DNA of 64,000 nt from Sphyrna mokarran (taxonomy: Eukaryota), in assembly GCA_024679065.1 (NCBI GenBank), contig JAGIQG010000014.1:4340001-4404000 (forward strand), read 5' to 3'. How positions within the stretch are numbered: the stretch's first letter is position 1; every line of letters begins with the position of its first letter. The notes beneath the pieces were generated by a model. It did no database searches and was not told the origin of the DNA. It was given only the letters and a program-made list of their open reading frames with translations. Positions 24,240-37,142 of the stretch are shown here, piece after piece. The position numbers and the translations under genes are program-made.

Positions 24240-24854
24240 GGTGCACAGCGCCCTTTACTGGCTGGTCCAAACATTGTCTGGCTGAAATTTTGCATTTCCT
24301 CCAACAATCATCCAATATTTTCAGATGATTTCTCTGACACAGGCATTCGCTTTGAGTTTCAGCCAATGAGTGACTACCTCTGAATTACACAGCTCCCTCC
24401 CTCAAACTTCACTGCTTCTCCAAATAGTTCACGAATGGTTGCCAAAAAACTCCAACACTTCCAATGAACACCAACTCCAAGCGTTCACTTTTCAACATTG
24501 TTTCGTCGAGATCATTATTGCATGTGAGGGTAGTGGTGAGATAGTGGTGTTGCAGGAACGTGGAACTGGGGGTGAAGATGGGGATATGGGAGCGGGATGT
24601 GATGTTAACTGACTCACAGAAATACGTTTCAAATAGTAATCTCTCGAATCCGTATAAGTGCCGTCATACCACACTAACCAAATGAGCGGACGCTAATTGT
24701 TTTCCAATATTTTAGTGAGCTGTCCGATTGAATTCAAAACATCATAAGATACAAGGCTGAGAAACAAGTGCATTGGAATAAATACACGTTTGAAAAACCT
24801 GGACCGACACAAAATGACCAGCGTTACATAAAATGGTGTGACTTGACTGAGAAT

Positions 24855-24927
24855 TGCCCACAAAGGGCCTTGAACCCAGTACCCACAGAGTGAAAGTTTG
24901 ATAGTCTACCAACTGGGATATTCAGAC
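24855..24927 (-). pseudogene. Full-length decayed tRNA-Lys copy
   Basis: Colinear with tRNA-Lys but with many stem mismatches; same flank family. Confidence 0.75.
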
Positions 24928-25087
24928 TGGCGTTTATTGGTTCACCGATCCCTTTGCTGACTGGTCCAAACATCGCATGACTGATGTTTTGCATTCCCTC
25001 CAGCAGTCATCCAATATCTTCAAATTATTTCTCTCACACAAACATTCGCTGTTGGCCTTGAGACAGTCGCTGTTTTCCTCTCAATTA

Positions 25088-25217
25088 TGATGCGGAGATG
25101 CCCGCGTTGGATTGGGGTAAACAAAGTAAGAAGTCTCACAAAACTAGGTTAGAGTTCAACCAGTTTATTTGATAGTAATGTTACAAGCTTTCGGAAACGG
25201 TGTTCCTTCGTCAGGTG
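25088..25217 (-). mobile_element. Penelope-type 3' repeat fragment
   Basis: Reverse complement resembles the tails at 8970-9090 and 34990-35094. Confidence 0.7.
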
Positions 25218-25499
25218 TGTGGAAGGTTCCTGCACAGCCCCCTTTATTGGCTGGTCTTAACATTGCTACTGGCTACTGAAGCAGTGAATTACTTAGCGTT
25301 ATGCTATCGAATTCAATGTCACTCAGTGCAGTCTGTTTACCTGTGTCCGAATTGCTGCCTATATGCATCAGAAATCAACTTATTTGCTTTGCTTACTGCA
25401 CCATAATCCAGATACACATTTCAAAACAATTCATATACTTCATGAACTCCACTGACCAGTCTACTCGGTAAGATCAGCCCGACCCAGTAGCACCAAAAA

Positions 25500-26000
25500 G
25501 TAAAGGGAAGGGCCGTGTTAATAGGGGACTCCATAGTCCATAGTCAGATGGACTCCATAGTCAGATAGACGTTTTTGCGGGCGCAGACGGAAGTCACGGA
25601 TGGTGGTCTGCCTCCTTGGAGCTGGGATCTGGGATGTCTCTGATCACAACCCAGATATCTTGAAAGGGGAGGGGGAGAAGCCAAAAGTTGTGGTCCATAT
25701 AGGGACCGCTGATGTAGGTAGGAAGAGGGAAGAGGTCATGAAAAGGGGTTATAGGGAACCAGGTAGACAGCTGAGAAAGGGGAACACAAAGGTAGTAATC
25801 TCAGGATTGCTGCCTTCGCCACGGGAAAGTGAGAGCAGGAATAGAATGAGGTGGAGAGTGAATGGGTGGCTGAGAGACTGGAGCAGGGGGCAGAGGTTCC
25901 GGTTCCTGGATCATTGCGACCTCTTTTGAGGCAGGTGTGACCTGTACAATAAAGACGGGTGGCACTTACATCCCAGGGGGACCAGCATCTTGGCGGGAGG
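25500..26000 (+). mobile_element. CR1 ORF1 SGNH-esterase fragment at the unit 1/2 junction
   Basis: VLIGDSIV, MVVCLLGA, VVVHIGTADVG, VVISGLLP; homologous to 47700-48216. Confidence 0.88.
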
Positions 26001-28902
26001 ACTCCAACTCAGCCTTTTTTCGGGGAGCTGGAGAATGCAGACTTTCATTGCTTCATCGCCAAGTGACTAAAGGAAGATAAAATCAATCCTAACTATGAGC
26101 TGAACCCACAGTTTAACCATCAGAGACAGAACTACCCAAGATTCCACTGTTTGTCTTTACCCGGCGCTCTGCAGCATCTCAGAACAGATCCCCCACTCAT
26201 CCATTCAACTCAATCATCCCTCTATAGATCATTTCCATTCCTGGCAGACCCACTGCCTCCCTTTGATTATATCTTCATAAATCATGTTGCACCCAACCAA
26301 CTACACGTCCCATCTGCTTAAATGGCGATGTGACAATTGGGGCTTCTTTCGTGTTTCTGTCCAATAGTCTATTGAAGGTAATGTTAATGAGGGACAGACA
26401 TAACTTAATATATTGTGAAAAATCGAAAGAATTTTTCCTTTGTTGTGGGAATGTTTGTTATTACCTTCCTAAATGGAAGCAAGCTACAGTCCGTATAATT
26501 GTGCTAAATATAATTTTGGATAGCAAACAAGCTTCACAGTCCAATTTGATCATTGAAGTGTTCCACATTTCATCTTCCCACGCTTTGGGTTTAGTCATAT
26601 TAATTATTTATTTATTTCGTGTCGGAGCTGAGTTTCGGACTCCAATGTTATTCCTTGGACCCCCAGGCAACACTTGAGCACGTGGGCTGAAAGGTAACAG
26701 TATGATTTTCTCCTTGTTGGATTTCGTTTACGTACCAATCGTTAGCACCGCACTCCCTAATGTGAAAGCAACACCGTTAAAATTTGAAACACTCCTTAGG
26801 ACAAGGGCTATAACGCACTGTTGAGGTTCCATCTCAAGCACTCGGGATTAATTCATAACCACATTTAAACAATAAACGACCAACACATTCCATTACAAAA
26901 AGGCGGAGAGGCGTAATCCAGGAACAGATGGAAGGAAAGAATTCACATATGGAAGTAAAATTAGTTTATTTCAAACATATAAGCAATTGCCGTATTTTGT
27001 TTATGATGAGATAACACAATATTGCACTGAACAGCGAAAACAGACAATATTTTACCACATACTTTACGACATTTGTCATCACATATTTTACGAAATAATA
27101 CTTTATCACATCTATTTACCACGGACTTTTTTAACGCAGAGTTCCTTATTGCATACTTTGCCACATAATGATTTATGACATGATTCCTTACTACATATTT
27201 TGTGAAAAATATTTTACCACATAATTTACTGCAGAATACTGTAACAAGAGTTGAAAAGGAGTACAGTTATTATGTTTCATGGCGACATTACCAAGGGTAG
27301 GGATGATGGGGGCGGGGGTCTGTGTTGGGAGGGAGGGCAGCGTGTGGATGGGGCTGCGGATATGGATGAAATGAAACTAATCATAATGAAAGCTTATTGT
27401 TCTACATTGCAGCCTCAATCTCACGACATCTGCAAACACTTTAAAATTATTGAAGGTGATTAAACATGGACACGGTGTGGAATGAAGAGCAAAATGTGAT
27501 AGGCAGGAAATGGGAAATGAGGGAGACATGTTGGAAGGTGGTTTCAGCTAGACCTTGGGTGTGGTAAAATCCAAGAGAATTCTGACAGGTGGAATTAGCC
27601 AGTGGATTGATGGATTCCATCACCCAATTTTATTTATTCTGTTTAACTTCCTTCTGAATTCATCAAGCACCAAGCACTCATGGGTTAACGCAATCCCACG
27701 ATAACTAAGTCACTTCCTGGTGACTCTGTTGTTTTGCCAATGAAACCATTCTAGACCGGTGCCAGTGGAGTCATGTTGCTGCAGGTCGGACCCTGAAGTG
27801 TCTGTGTTTGAGTGGTGATGTCCTCAGCAGTGGGTGCATTATTGTTCTGCGAATTGATGTCAAAATATTGAATACACTCAAAATTAAAGTAACTGACATG
27901 AAACGTAGCAATTCCTTTTCAATGTGAATACTTTTCTCAATAACTAATAATTCTGTGAAAACTTCATTGTTTCTTTTTGACATTGCAGTCTTTCAAAGAA
28001 TTAGACACTATATTCCAAAATTATTAGAATCACTGCAGGTTCCTGCACCATTTTACTCCTGGGTCAAAAAAAGTCAGATTCAGTAAATTTGTGAAGATTA
28101 TGTAATGTCAGGTGCTCCGAAGAAGAGGAAAAAGATTGTTCATTGAACTGGAATGGAAGTTAACTAACTGCTTCACCTACTGAAAAAAAAACATTTGCAG
28201 TGTCCGTATGATAATAATAACAACGATATAACTTTCATGGCAGCTGATTGGCTCCGGAATTAAAGAGGGACAGCTTCTGAGCTGTTTAGCTACAGACTTC
28301 AAAACATTTTTGACCACAAGATCACCACTTATACCCATGTGCCGTGACTCTACTTCCATTCAGTTTGGTCTTGTCCCTGAAGCAATTTAATTGCCAATAC
28401 CTGCTATTTGTAAATTTCTGCTTCTGACAACACAGCTTATTTACCTGTCGTGCCTGCATTGTCACCTTCAAGGCGGAGTCGTCCCCACCGTACATATTCA
28501 CCCTGCACATTTCTTCAGAGCCCTGATGAAGAATATTTGTGTGAGCAGAATGCTTAATTATTTTTTTCAATCAGAACTTTCAAAATCCTGACATTTCCAT
28601 GAGGAATAAATGCGCTGAGTTTTTCGCATAGCTGTTACAAATAGTTTTAAAGCTCTGCCTGTTTTTCACTCGCCAATCCGCTAAGGGACTTACTGATCTC
28701 CAACATGTGGCTCAATTCCTCTGTGCATCTTAAATCCACGACTTAATTCATTTCCAAAGCATCTTTCTTCCAATCAGACTTTGGGGATATAGAGAGGGCA
28801 GTGAATCTGAAACCGAAAAGATTTTTAAAGTATTCCAATGCTGGCATAGGGACATCCCATATTTGAAGAATGCTACATGAAGATTTGTCCACAGATGTTC
28901 CA

Positions 28903-30378
28903 GAACAAAGAACAATACAGCACAGGAAACAGGCCCTTTGGCCCTCCAAGATTGCGCCGCCTTTTGGCCCAACTAGACCATTCGTATGTATCCTTCCATT
29001 TCCAGTCTGCTCATGTGACTATCCAGATCGGTCTTAAACGATCCCAGCGTGTCCGCCTCCACCACCCACCTTGGCGGTGAATTCCAGATCCCCACCACCC
29101 TCTGTGTAGAAAACATCCCTCTGATATCTGAGCTAAACCTTGCCCCTCTCACCATGAACCTGTGACCTCTCGTGATCGTAACCTCCGACCTGGAAAAAAA
29201 AGCCTCCCACTGCTCACTCTATCTATACCCTTCATAATTTTATACACCTCTATTAGTTCTCACCTCATTCTCTGTCTTTCCAGGGAGAACAACCCCAGTT
29301 TACCCAATCTCTCCTCATGGCTAAGTCTCTCCATACCAGGCAACATCCTTTTAAACCTTAGCTACACTCCCTCCAAAGCCTCCACGTCCTTCCATAGCGT
29401 GGCGACCAGAACTGGGCGCAGTGCTCCAAATGTGGCTTAACCAATGTTCTACACAGCTGCAATATCAGACTCCAGTTTTTAAACTCTGTACTCCGTCACT
29501 AACTTCACCACCTGTGCAGCCACTTTCAAGGATCTGTGGACTTGCACACCCAGGTACCTCTGTGTGTCTATATTCTTGATGGTTCTGTCACTTATTACAT
29601 AACTTACCTCTACCCTACATTACGTCTACCAAAATGCGTCACTTAGCATTTATATGGATTCAGTTCCGTCTGCCATTTCTCCTCCCAATTTTCCAGCCTA
29701 TCTGTGTCCTGCTGTATTGTCCGACAGCGTTCATCGCTATCAGCAACTGCAGCCATTTTGTGCCATCCACAAACTTATTGATCACACCAGTTACACCTTC
29801 TTCCAAATTATTTATATATATCCCAAATAACAGAGATCCCAGTACAGAACCCTGGAGAATATCACCGGTCGGATAAAAAACCCTTGGACTACTACCCTCT
29901 GTCTCCTGTATCCAAGCCAGTTCTCTAACCATCTAGCCACCTCTCCTTGTATCCCATGAGATTTAACCTTTTGCACCAACTTGCCTAGGGACCTAGTCAA
30001 ACGCCTTACTAAAACCCATACAGACGACATCTACAGCCCTTCCCTCGTCAACAGATTTTGTCATCTCATCAAAAAAAACTCCACCAAATTTGTGACCTCC
30101 TTCTTACAAAACCATGCTGTCTGTCACTAATGAGATTATTCCGTTCTAAATGCGCATACTTCCTATCTCTAAGAATCCTCTTCAACAACTTTCCAAGCTC
30201 ACCGGCCTATAATTACCCGGATCATCCCTGCTCCCCTTCTTAAATAACGGTACCACATTCGTTATCTTCCAATCCTTTGTCTCTTCACTTGTGTCCAATG
30301 AAGTATCAAAGATTTCTTTCAAAGATACAACAATATCATCTCTTGTCTCCCTGAGCAGTCAAGGATAGATGCCATAGC
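28903..30378 (-). mobile_element. Decayed 5'-truncated CR1 shared with unit 3
   Basis: QGSVLGSLLF, KFVDGTK, HGIQGEVARW; TTCTTTGTTCT tail; empty site in unit 1 at ~3345. Confidence 0.92.
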
Positions 30379-30525
30379 CAGTTGAAGAATAAAAAATTAA
30401 AAGGCTTTTAGCCGACATATTTGATTTAACATTGTTCAACTTCATTCAGAAATTCTGACAACAAACGTTAATGTGGACAGCAAGGCTTCTCAACTCCAAA
30501 CGTGTGCGTATTAGATTGACTGGCC

Positions 30526-30700
30526 AGTTACACCTACTTCCAAATCATTTATATATATAAAATCACAAATAGCAAAGGTCCTAGTACAGAGCCTTGCGGA
30601 ATACCACTGGATACAGACTTTCAGCCGGGAAAAGACCCTTTGCCTTCTACCCTCTGTCTTCTGTGGTCAAGCCAGTTCTCTACAATTTTGTCAGGTTGCT
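30526..30700 (-). mobile_element. Small CR1 RT fragment (counterpart at 63463-63635)
   Basis: ENWLDHRRQRV..SGIPQGSVLGPLLFV-type sequence. Confidence 0.75.
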
Positions 30701-31952
30701 GAGCAAGCTCTACATATACGGTTACCGGAATGGGCCTGGATGGGATTGTTGTTGGTGCGGGATCAATTGGCTGAATTGGCTGGTTCTGAACTAGAGAGAT
30801 TGTATGGTTCTGTTCCAGGTTTTTTTGAGTGACATGCACATTCCAGAATGTTACAATTAGTTGTACATTCTCTTTGAGCGTTTTCACTGAAGGAACGCAG
30901 CAAAGCGCCTGAGACAGCACACTTTAAACACTCAGCCAAGAGCATCTATAAGGACCACGGAAATCTATAAGGACTAGAAACAGAATCATAGAAACACCTC
31001 TATCTGGACGTTTCCTTTCAGGTCACTCAACATTCTAACTTGGGATATATCGCCATTCATTCACTATCGTTGTGTCAAAATCCCTGAACTCTTCCCTAAC
31101 CGCACTTTGGGTGTGCCTACATCACATGGACCAATCCTAAATGCCAGTTCACAAGCAACTTCTAAAGGGGCAATTATGGATCAGGAAGAAACGATGGCCT
31201 AACCATGCTATACCGAAATACGGATAAAAAACTACGTTGCGTGACACTTCTCAATACGCATGCATTTTAAACATTTATGCATTAATATTTTCGATCGTGC
31301 TCTGTCAATTGTTCTATTCTGTATATATCACCCCGGTGTCGACAACGCTGCTCATTAACCTATATCGAGTGAGCAACTATTGTATCAGTTGCAAATACAA
31401 CACTGTTTCACCTTACATGTTGCAATGTTGACTTATTAAAATGAGAAAAGTCTAATTGATTAAAGTTCTTTGTGAAACCATCAAGCGACCATCTGGTAAC
31501 AAACTGGCATATTCCACTTCATTTCACGGATGTGAGTTCGAATTCGAGCCTAACAGTCTACTGCAGTAAACAATGCTGAGGCTTTCTATCTGTCATCTTC
31601 TGCATCCACATATGGAATGGCTGGCAAAGAGTCGCACCTAAAACGTTATTTGGATGTCCCAAGGATCGTTATAAAGATGAAACCTTATTTTAAACTGATG
31701 CTAACGGTGTAATAGAAAAAAAAATGCTTAAGACAGCTACACATTGCAAGATAGTGAAACATGGAATAGGGCTATACCTCGCCCATTTTTTTCAGGGAGG
31801 ATGTTCTGAGGATGATTTTTGAGTGCGTTTGCGGGTGATTTTCCCTTATTTCACGAGATCATTGGTGTCTAATTTAGGGTGCAAACAGGGGCAGACTGTG
31901 CGGACAGTCGAACATCTAATCCAAAAGCTGGCAAAGACGGTACAGCATTCCA

Positions 31953-32123
31953 TCAGTACAACAACAAAGTTCTGTGCACAAGATTTCTGTGCACATGTGT
32001 GATCACGGTAAATCGGGGCCTGACTGACTGAGTTTTCCTGACAGAGGTTGTTTCAAAGAACACATTACAACATAGAGAAGAGTAGCAGAAGGTCGTGTGG
32101 AGGTGTCCTGGAGTATTTTCTAC
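31953..32123 (-). CDS. Candidate terminal exon of paralog 2
   Basis: Homologous to 5818-6028. Tandem acceptors GAG|GTAG| give either VENTPGHL...LLLY* (stop 31953) or KILQDTST...PDLP* (stop ~32003). Confidence 0.33.
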   Translation of the reverse strand, partial: VENTPGHLHTTFCYSSLCCNVFFETTSVRKTQSVRPRFTVITHVHRNLVHRTLLLY

Positions 32124-32286
32124 CTCGCAACCAACAAACACGGAGTATCAACTGTTCATATGCACAACGAATAAAGAAACTCACTCGTGTGTTCACAAGA
32201 AAATCCGTTTCAATAATCACTGAAGTTGAGACAAAGGTTCTTGCTGTTCACTTCATCTATATATCAGAGCTTATGTATTTACCAAC

Positions 32287-32412
32287 CTGACTGATTTGCA
32301 TCTTAGAAATTCTGAACCGCATCACACACCCGAGAATGGAAGAATTGACTAAGGCTGTTAGCTCCAGCAGCGCTAGGATCCAGAGAATGACAAGGAAAGA
32401 CCAGCAATGTTC
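32287..32412 (-). CDS. MS4A-like paralog 2, TM4 exon (42 codons)
   Basis: GTACAG|GAA...CAG|GTTGGT, open frame. Confidence 0.87.
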
Positions 32413-35400
32413 CTGTACATCGATTGCAAGAACATGTTAATGACCGTCAGAATTAAACAAAGCGAATTGCAGCAAAAAAAAACAATTCTCACACTCCCTC
32501 TGGCAGCATAATTGAGTGCGAAACTTAATCCAAAATATTAGACAAAGAATATCGTCAAACTCGGGCAAATTAAACAGATTGGGTTTGGGATTGACCTTAC
32601 TTAGTTGTGATCCCGCATTGGTGAATGCTTGTTTAATGCATAAATGGTTTGCTATGGAATTGAGTTCAAGGACAAATTAAATATATTGGCATTCTATTTA
32701 CCCACGTCGTTTTGTTGTCTCAGATGGGGGAATGATAGAGATCTGATTGGCGAGTCCTGGTCAGGGAAGCAACAAAAAAAAGTGACAGATCATTCGATCA
32801 TTCTGCCCATGAATCGGCTCACTTTATCATTTTTCACCCACGACTCCTTGCCCCACAGCTCTATGTTTGGCTCTTATACGTATATCCATTTTTTTTTCTT
32901 GAAGTCGGTTGAGGATGGTGGAGGACAGAGGGGTGGGAGGCGTTGATTTATCAACAGCAGGCAATTCAGCCAAATGTGAAAATTTTGGAGAAAATGCAAC
33001 AAAATGATTAGACTGGGAGCATTTCTCTGCCAAGCAAAATCCTGGACGAGATATTTAGAAATGTGTACAGATTACTGCAAAGTAGTTTCTTTCTTTGTGT
33101 GACTCCAAAATTGGAAATATCTGCTTGTCACTGATCAAAAATAAAACATCCAATCATTCTGGTAATCGGCGGCGAGTGGATAGGATTTTGGTTTGGGCTA
33201 TTCGCATGACGAACATGCTTGATTGTGCTTTTCAGTGGAAACTGCAGGGATGGTTGGGGAAAATCTCCTCAATGTCTCGTGCCTCTGGCTTCACCTATTT
33301 AAATGAGCATCTGGCCGATCAACCAGGTTGCATGATGCATAATCAATCAATGCATCCTTGCCAAAGTGCGGCTATGACACTCTCTCTGAATCGACAACTC
33401 AGAGACTCGTGGTGATGCTGTTTGAACTTCTAGTTTTTTATTTAAATTAGTTTTATGTTCCGTTGCTGGGTTAAACTTATTTGTTGGAAGCACATTGATG
33501 TGGAACTGTGACACCGGAGCAAGTTAATTCAGTACTAAGTATTGCCATTACGTCTATGACAAATGAAGCGAAATACTAACTGCTGATTTACACATTATTA
33601 CGGTGTATTCAGACTCTATTACATACTTACAGGAGAGTAGCAGAAGGCTTCCACCTGCTCTGAGCTGTAAAGGTTGGCTTCAAGGTGAAACAGAAATAAA
33701 TCCAGGACCACTATAAAGCCACTGAGCAAATTCATCACTAGGCATGATGTCATCTGGAAAGATTAAGTAGCAATTTGTTCAGAAAACAGCTCATCATGAT
33801 ATCTCACAAAATCATTGAATATTTGAATATTAAAATTGCATTTGGTGCATTGACTAAAGAGGTGGAAATTTATTTCAATACTATTGGAAATTAGTGTGAA
33901 CTTATAATGGTGAGCATTGTATTCGACAAAATGCGGCACTTTATACACATAACAAATCATCAGATTCGAAGAATTAGTTCCCCTCTCAGCCGTGGAATCA
34001 CGTGTTACAAATGTTCCAGATTCACTATGCATCTTTCAGCAAAACGGTGCACATGTAACCCAATGGTCGTTTCACCGAGGGTCCAATTAAACTTAAACTG
34101 TCATCGTTAACTTTCTTTTTGGTCCGCCGCCGATATGCAAATATGCAAGTGTGAGATCGCTATGTCAATTCCCTGTCATTTATTTCACACTTTAACTGAA
34201 TCCCCCGTTATTTTAGCAACTTACTGTCTCACCCGTTAATTTGGCAACCGAACAGTCCATCATGAAGACTCTTTATCGAATCACCGCGTTATAGGTAACA
34301 AAACGAACGTTAAAGCAGTACTCTCACAGTGAAGTTTTATTTCAAAGTACTGCAATATGGGTGTACTTACAACGCGTTTGTCTCTGCCAGTTCCAAAAAT
34401 AAACCATTGAATTCCACAAACGATTACCTGGGAGGAAAAGTACAAATGTTCATTCACTGGATACGACCAGTTGACAAACAAAGACTAGCTGATACGTTGC
34501 AGGAAAAGATGTCCCAAGGCATGGTCCATCGATGAGACCATAACGCTACAACAATGAATGAATGGACTCTGCTCGACAAACCCCACGCAGGAGTGTTCCT
34601 TCCTGCCGAGAAACACTTCATCAGTCAAGGGCATTCAACCTCCGATCTTCGGGTAAACGTTTTCCAAGGCGCCCTTCAAGACATAGGGCAACGCAAAATC
34701 GTCGAACAAAAAATGATTACTAACTTCCACACAATGAGGATGGCCTTAACCGGGAACTTGGGTTCATGTCGCATTATGTATAACCCCCACAATTTGGCGT
34801 GGGTTTGCAAAACTGTCCTGGCTTGAGATAATTCACATTTCTTTAACCTGTCATTATCCCTCTTTCTACTCGCATTGTCTGTCGCCGTGAAAATTTATTC
34901 ATCTGTTAAGACTCACATTCCAACCCTTATCTTGCAATTGAGTATGCGTCAATATATGCGCACTGTTTGTGAAGCCAACTCTCCACTATCTGTTGAAGGA
35001 GTTCAGGCTACCAAATTATTCTATTGGAATTTAACCTGGTGTTGTGAGACTTTTACTTCACTCATCCCTGTCCAACGCCGGCATCTCCAAATCACAAAAA
35101 TAGCAACTACTCGAAACTAAGTATCATTATTTTTCTGTTGTTTTTCAATCACAGGCTTGACCAGAGTTGCCTGGCTTGGATCTATATTTGTAATTCAGCT
35201 TTTCTAGACATTACTGAAGTGTTTTTCTCAAGTTAAGAATGCAATAAAGAAATTGGGCGAGAGCTGATAACTCCAAACAACTTGAGCTGACGTCGCCTTT
35301 TCATCTATATAACAGGTCCCAAAGATGTAAGGATTCAGGATGACATGGGGGAGGGGGGTGGTGGTGGTGGGGTGGAGGGTGGGGGTGGGGGGCAGTGTAT

Positions 35401-37142
35401 ATAATGTGAGCAGAACTTATTTTTTAATTATAATTTGCAACAGGCATTTTCCACTTCGCGGGAAGTGAGTGGCAATGGAGGCGTAGAGTGACGCCGGAAG
35501 TAATGCTGAAAGAAAAACAATGAAACCGACTGGTAAGGCACATACAGAAAACTTTATAAACGAGCTGGACATGCCAATGGGAAGCCCGATTTCAAAACAT
35601 GTGGATGAATACAAATTACACATCATAATTACTACTGAAACACATTGTGACACAGACACAAGAAGACACTTAAAAATCCGAAAATTCGATTTGTATATGA
35701 ATTTCAGTGTATTTTTTTTCGAGTGGTTTTGCTCTGTGGCAACGTTGTCGTCTCATTATACCAGAAACCAGATATCCAGATGCTTTTATTTAGAGTTTCA
35801 TTCAACTGACATCTAAAGAATAATGAATGCAAAAAGATCAGAGTTGCATTCTGAAGGAACAGTATTAAACACGAATGAGATGTGCAGCCAAACAGAATCC
35901 AATAGTCTCATAAATTCAACTATAACCAGGCCATGATCTGGACAATGAACTGGGACTTACCGACAGACCGTTGCACCAGTGCGTTCTGAAAATCCTTGAG
36001 ATGTGCATCTGGGTTGGAACTAATATCAGCCATTGGAGAAAAATCCGATAGAGAATAAGTAATATTCCCAAGACAATCTGAGTGACCTAAAATGTGGAAA
36101 AGAACAAAGAACGTAATATCCAAACAGGTGAAATAAAGGAAAACCAAACAGTGCGTGTGTAGCGGATGACGTGAAGAGGGGTACAAGGATGTGATAGAAC
36201 GAGATAGAGACTAGAGAGAGAGAGAGACACAGAGTGCCTGCAACAGAGAGAGAGAGAGAGAGAGAGAGAGGCGGGGGGGGGGGGTGTGGGAGAGGGAGAG
36301 CAGACAGAAATGATCAGGGAACAAAGAAATCTCTTTCATGAGTTCGTCAACACAAGGAATCGGACATCACTTCAGAACAAACAATCGTTGCACATATCTT
36401 GCATTCTATAATATAGTGAGCTGCATCTGCTATCTACACTCTGGGAAGCCGTCGCTTTACTTTGGGCAGTAATGATCTAAACAGCAAATACTACCGTCTA
36501 GAATGATTGTGGATGGTAGCATTGCCATATCCAAGACCCATTATATCCAAGTCACACAACAGCTGATTTGAAAATATACTGCTAGCATGAAACCTTCCAC
36601 TGTTAGCATGTTATGTTTATAAGTACCATCGCCAAGATTCCGTAGCAATTCAAGACGACAGTACAGCTAAATATTATTAAGCATCAATTGGGTATAGCAT
36701 CATCAGCGAAGCCCAGGTCCTCGGTATGACTAAAATAAAACATCGAAATTTACTCCTCTATTTTTTGAAGAGTGCTTCAATCAAAGTATACAAGTGATGT
36801 TATTTCATACTTATGGATAACTAAGGGAGTTAATTTTAGTAATCTGTTGCTTGATGCTCATGCACACAACTGCTAACACAATTTTGATCATTTTATGTTG
36901 CTTATGTAACTTCGACAGGAAAGATTTTGAGCTCTGAATAAATTTGAAACCTGAATCAAACAATGACATAATCTTACACCAAGATATTTTATTGGTTCCC
37001 GCTTAATCTTTCGGATGATCGAGTTTGTGGACAGAAACTGACTCTGGATGTCTCCACAAGTCGGTGAATCTTCGTTTATATCCGACTGTAGAGTTACTTG
37101 GTGCATGGTGGATCCAGATTCAGCGCTCAGTGTGGCAGACAT
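32287..37142 (-). CDS. MS4A: MS4A-family tetraspan membrane protein, paralog 2; core coding exons 37142-36978, 36086-35961, 34427-34371, 33753-33631, 32412-32287
   Basis: Same exon structure (165, 126, 57, 123, 126 nt; all phase 0, AG..GT) and stop-free: MSATLSAESGSTMHQVTLQSDINEDSPTCGDIQSQFLSTNSIIRKIKREPIKYLG|VTQIVLGILLILYRIFLQWLILVPTQMHISRIFRTHWCNGLS|VIVCGIQWFIFGTGRDKRV|MTSCLVMNLLSGFIVVLDLFLFHLEANLYSSEQVEAFCYSP|EHCWSFLVILWILALLELTALVNSSILGCVMRFRISKMQISQ. Confidence 0.85.
33631..33753 (-). CDS. MS4A-like paralog 2, TM3 and loop exon (41 codons)
   Basis: TCTTTCCAG|ATG...CCT|GTAAGT; 18 nt shorter than in paralog 1, in frame. Confidence 0.85.
34371..34427 (-). CDS. MS4A-like paralog 2, 57-nt exon
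   Basis: TTTTCCTCCCAG|GTA...GTT|GTAAGT. Confidence 0.82.
34489..35094 (+). mobile_element. Penelope-like fragment at the orthologous position in unit 2
   Basis: ORF 34554-34826 HFISQGHSTSDLRVNVFQGALQDIGQRKIVEQKMI. Confidence 0.85.
35961..36086 (-). CDS. MS4A-like paralog 2, TM1 exon (42 codons)
   Basis: TTTTAG|GTC...TCG|GTAAGT, open frame. Confidence 0.87.
36978..37142 (-). CDS. MS4A-like paralog 2, N-terminal exon (55 codons)
   Basis: AG|ATG start; ends ...KREPIKYLG|GTAAGA. Confidence 0.85.

Larger units (their letters stand above)
1..25997. repeat. Segmental tandem unit 1 (MS4A-like gene plus tRNA-Lys cluster); left end outside the window
   Basis: Colinear homology to 25998-58310 visible throughout (roughly 80-90% identity by eye). 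Confidence 0.95.

Noticed and set aside
22300-25100. tRNA-targeting transposon (Dada or Tx1 type) or ERV primer-binding site
   Set aside because: No split tRNA with target duplication, no transposase, no LTRs, no CCA-containing PBS; the copies are explained by tandem duplication with flanks
28322-28570. YGGDDS / YSGDDS (also 61299-61514) resembling RdRp motif C of an endogenous RNA virus
   Set aside because: Absent in unit 1 (YGGKGY), no convincing motifs A or B, and frames are not conserved between units; likely chance
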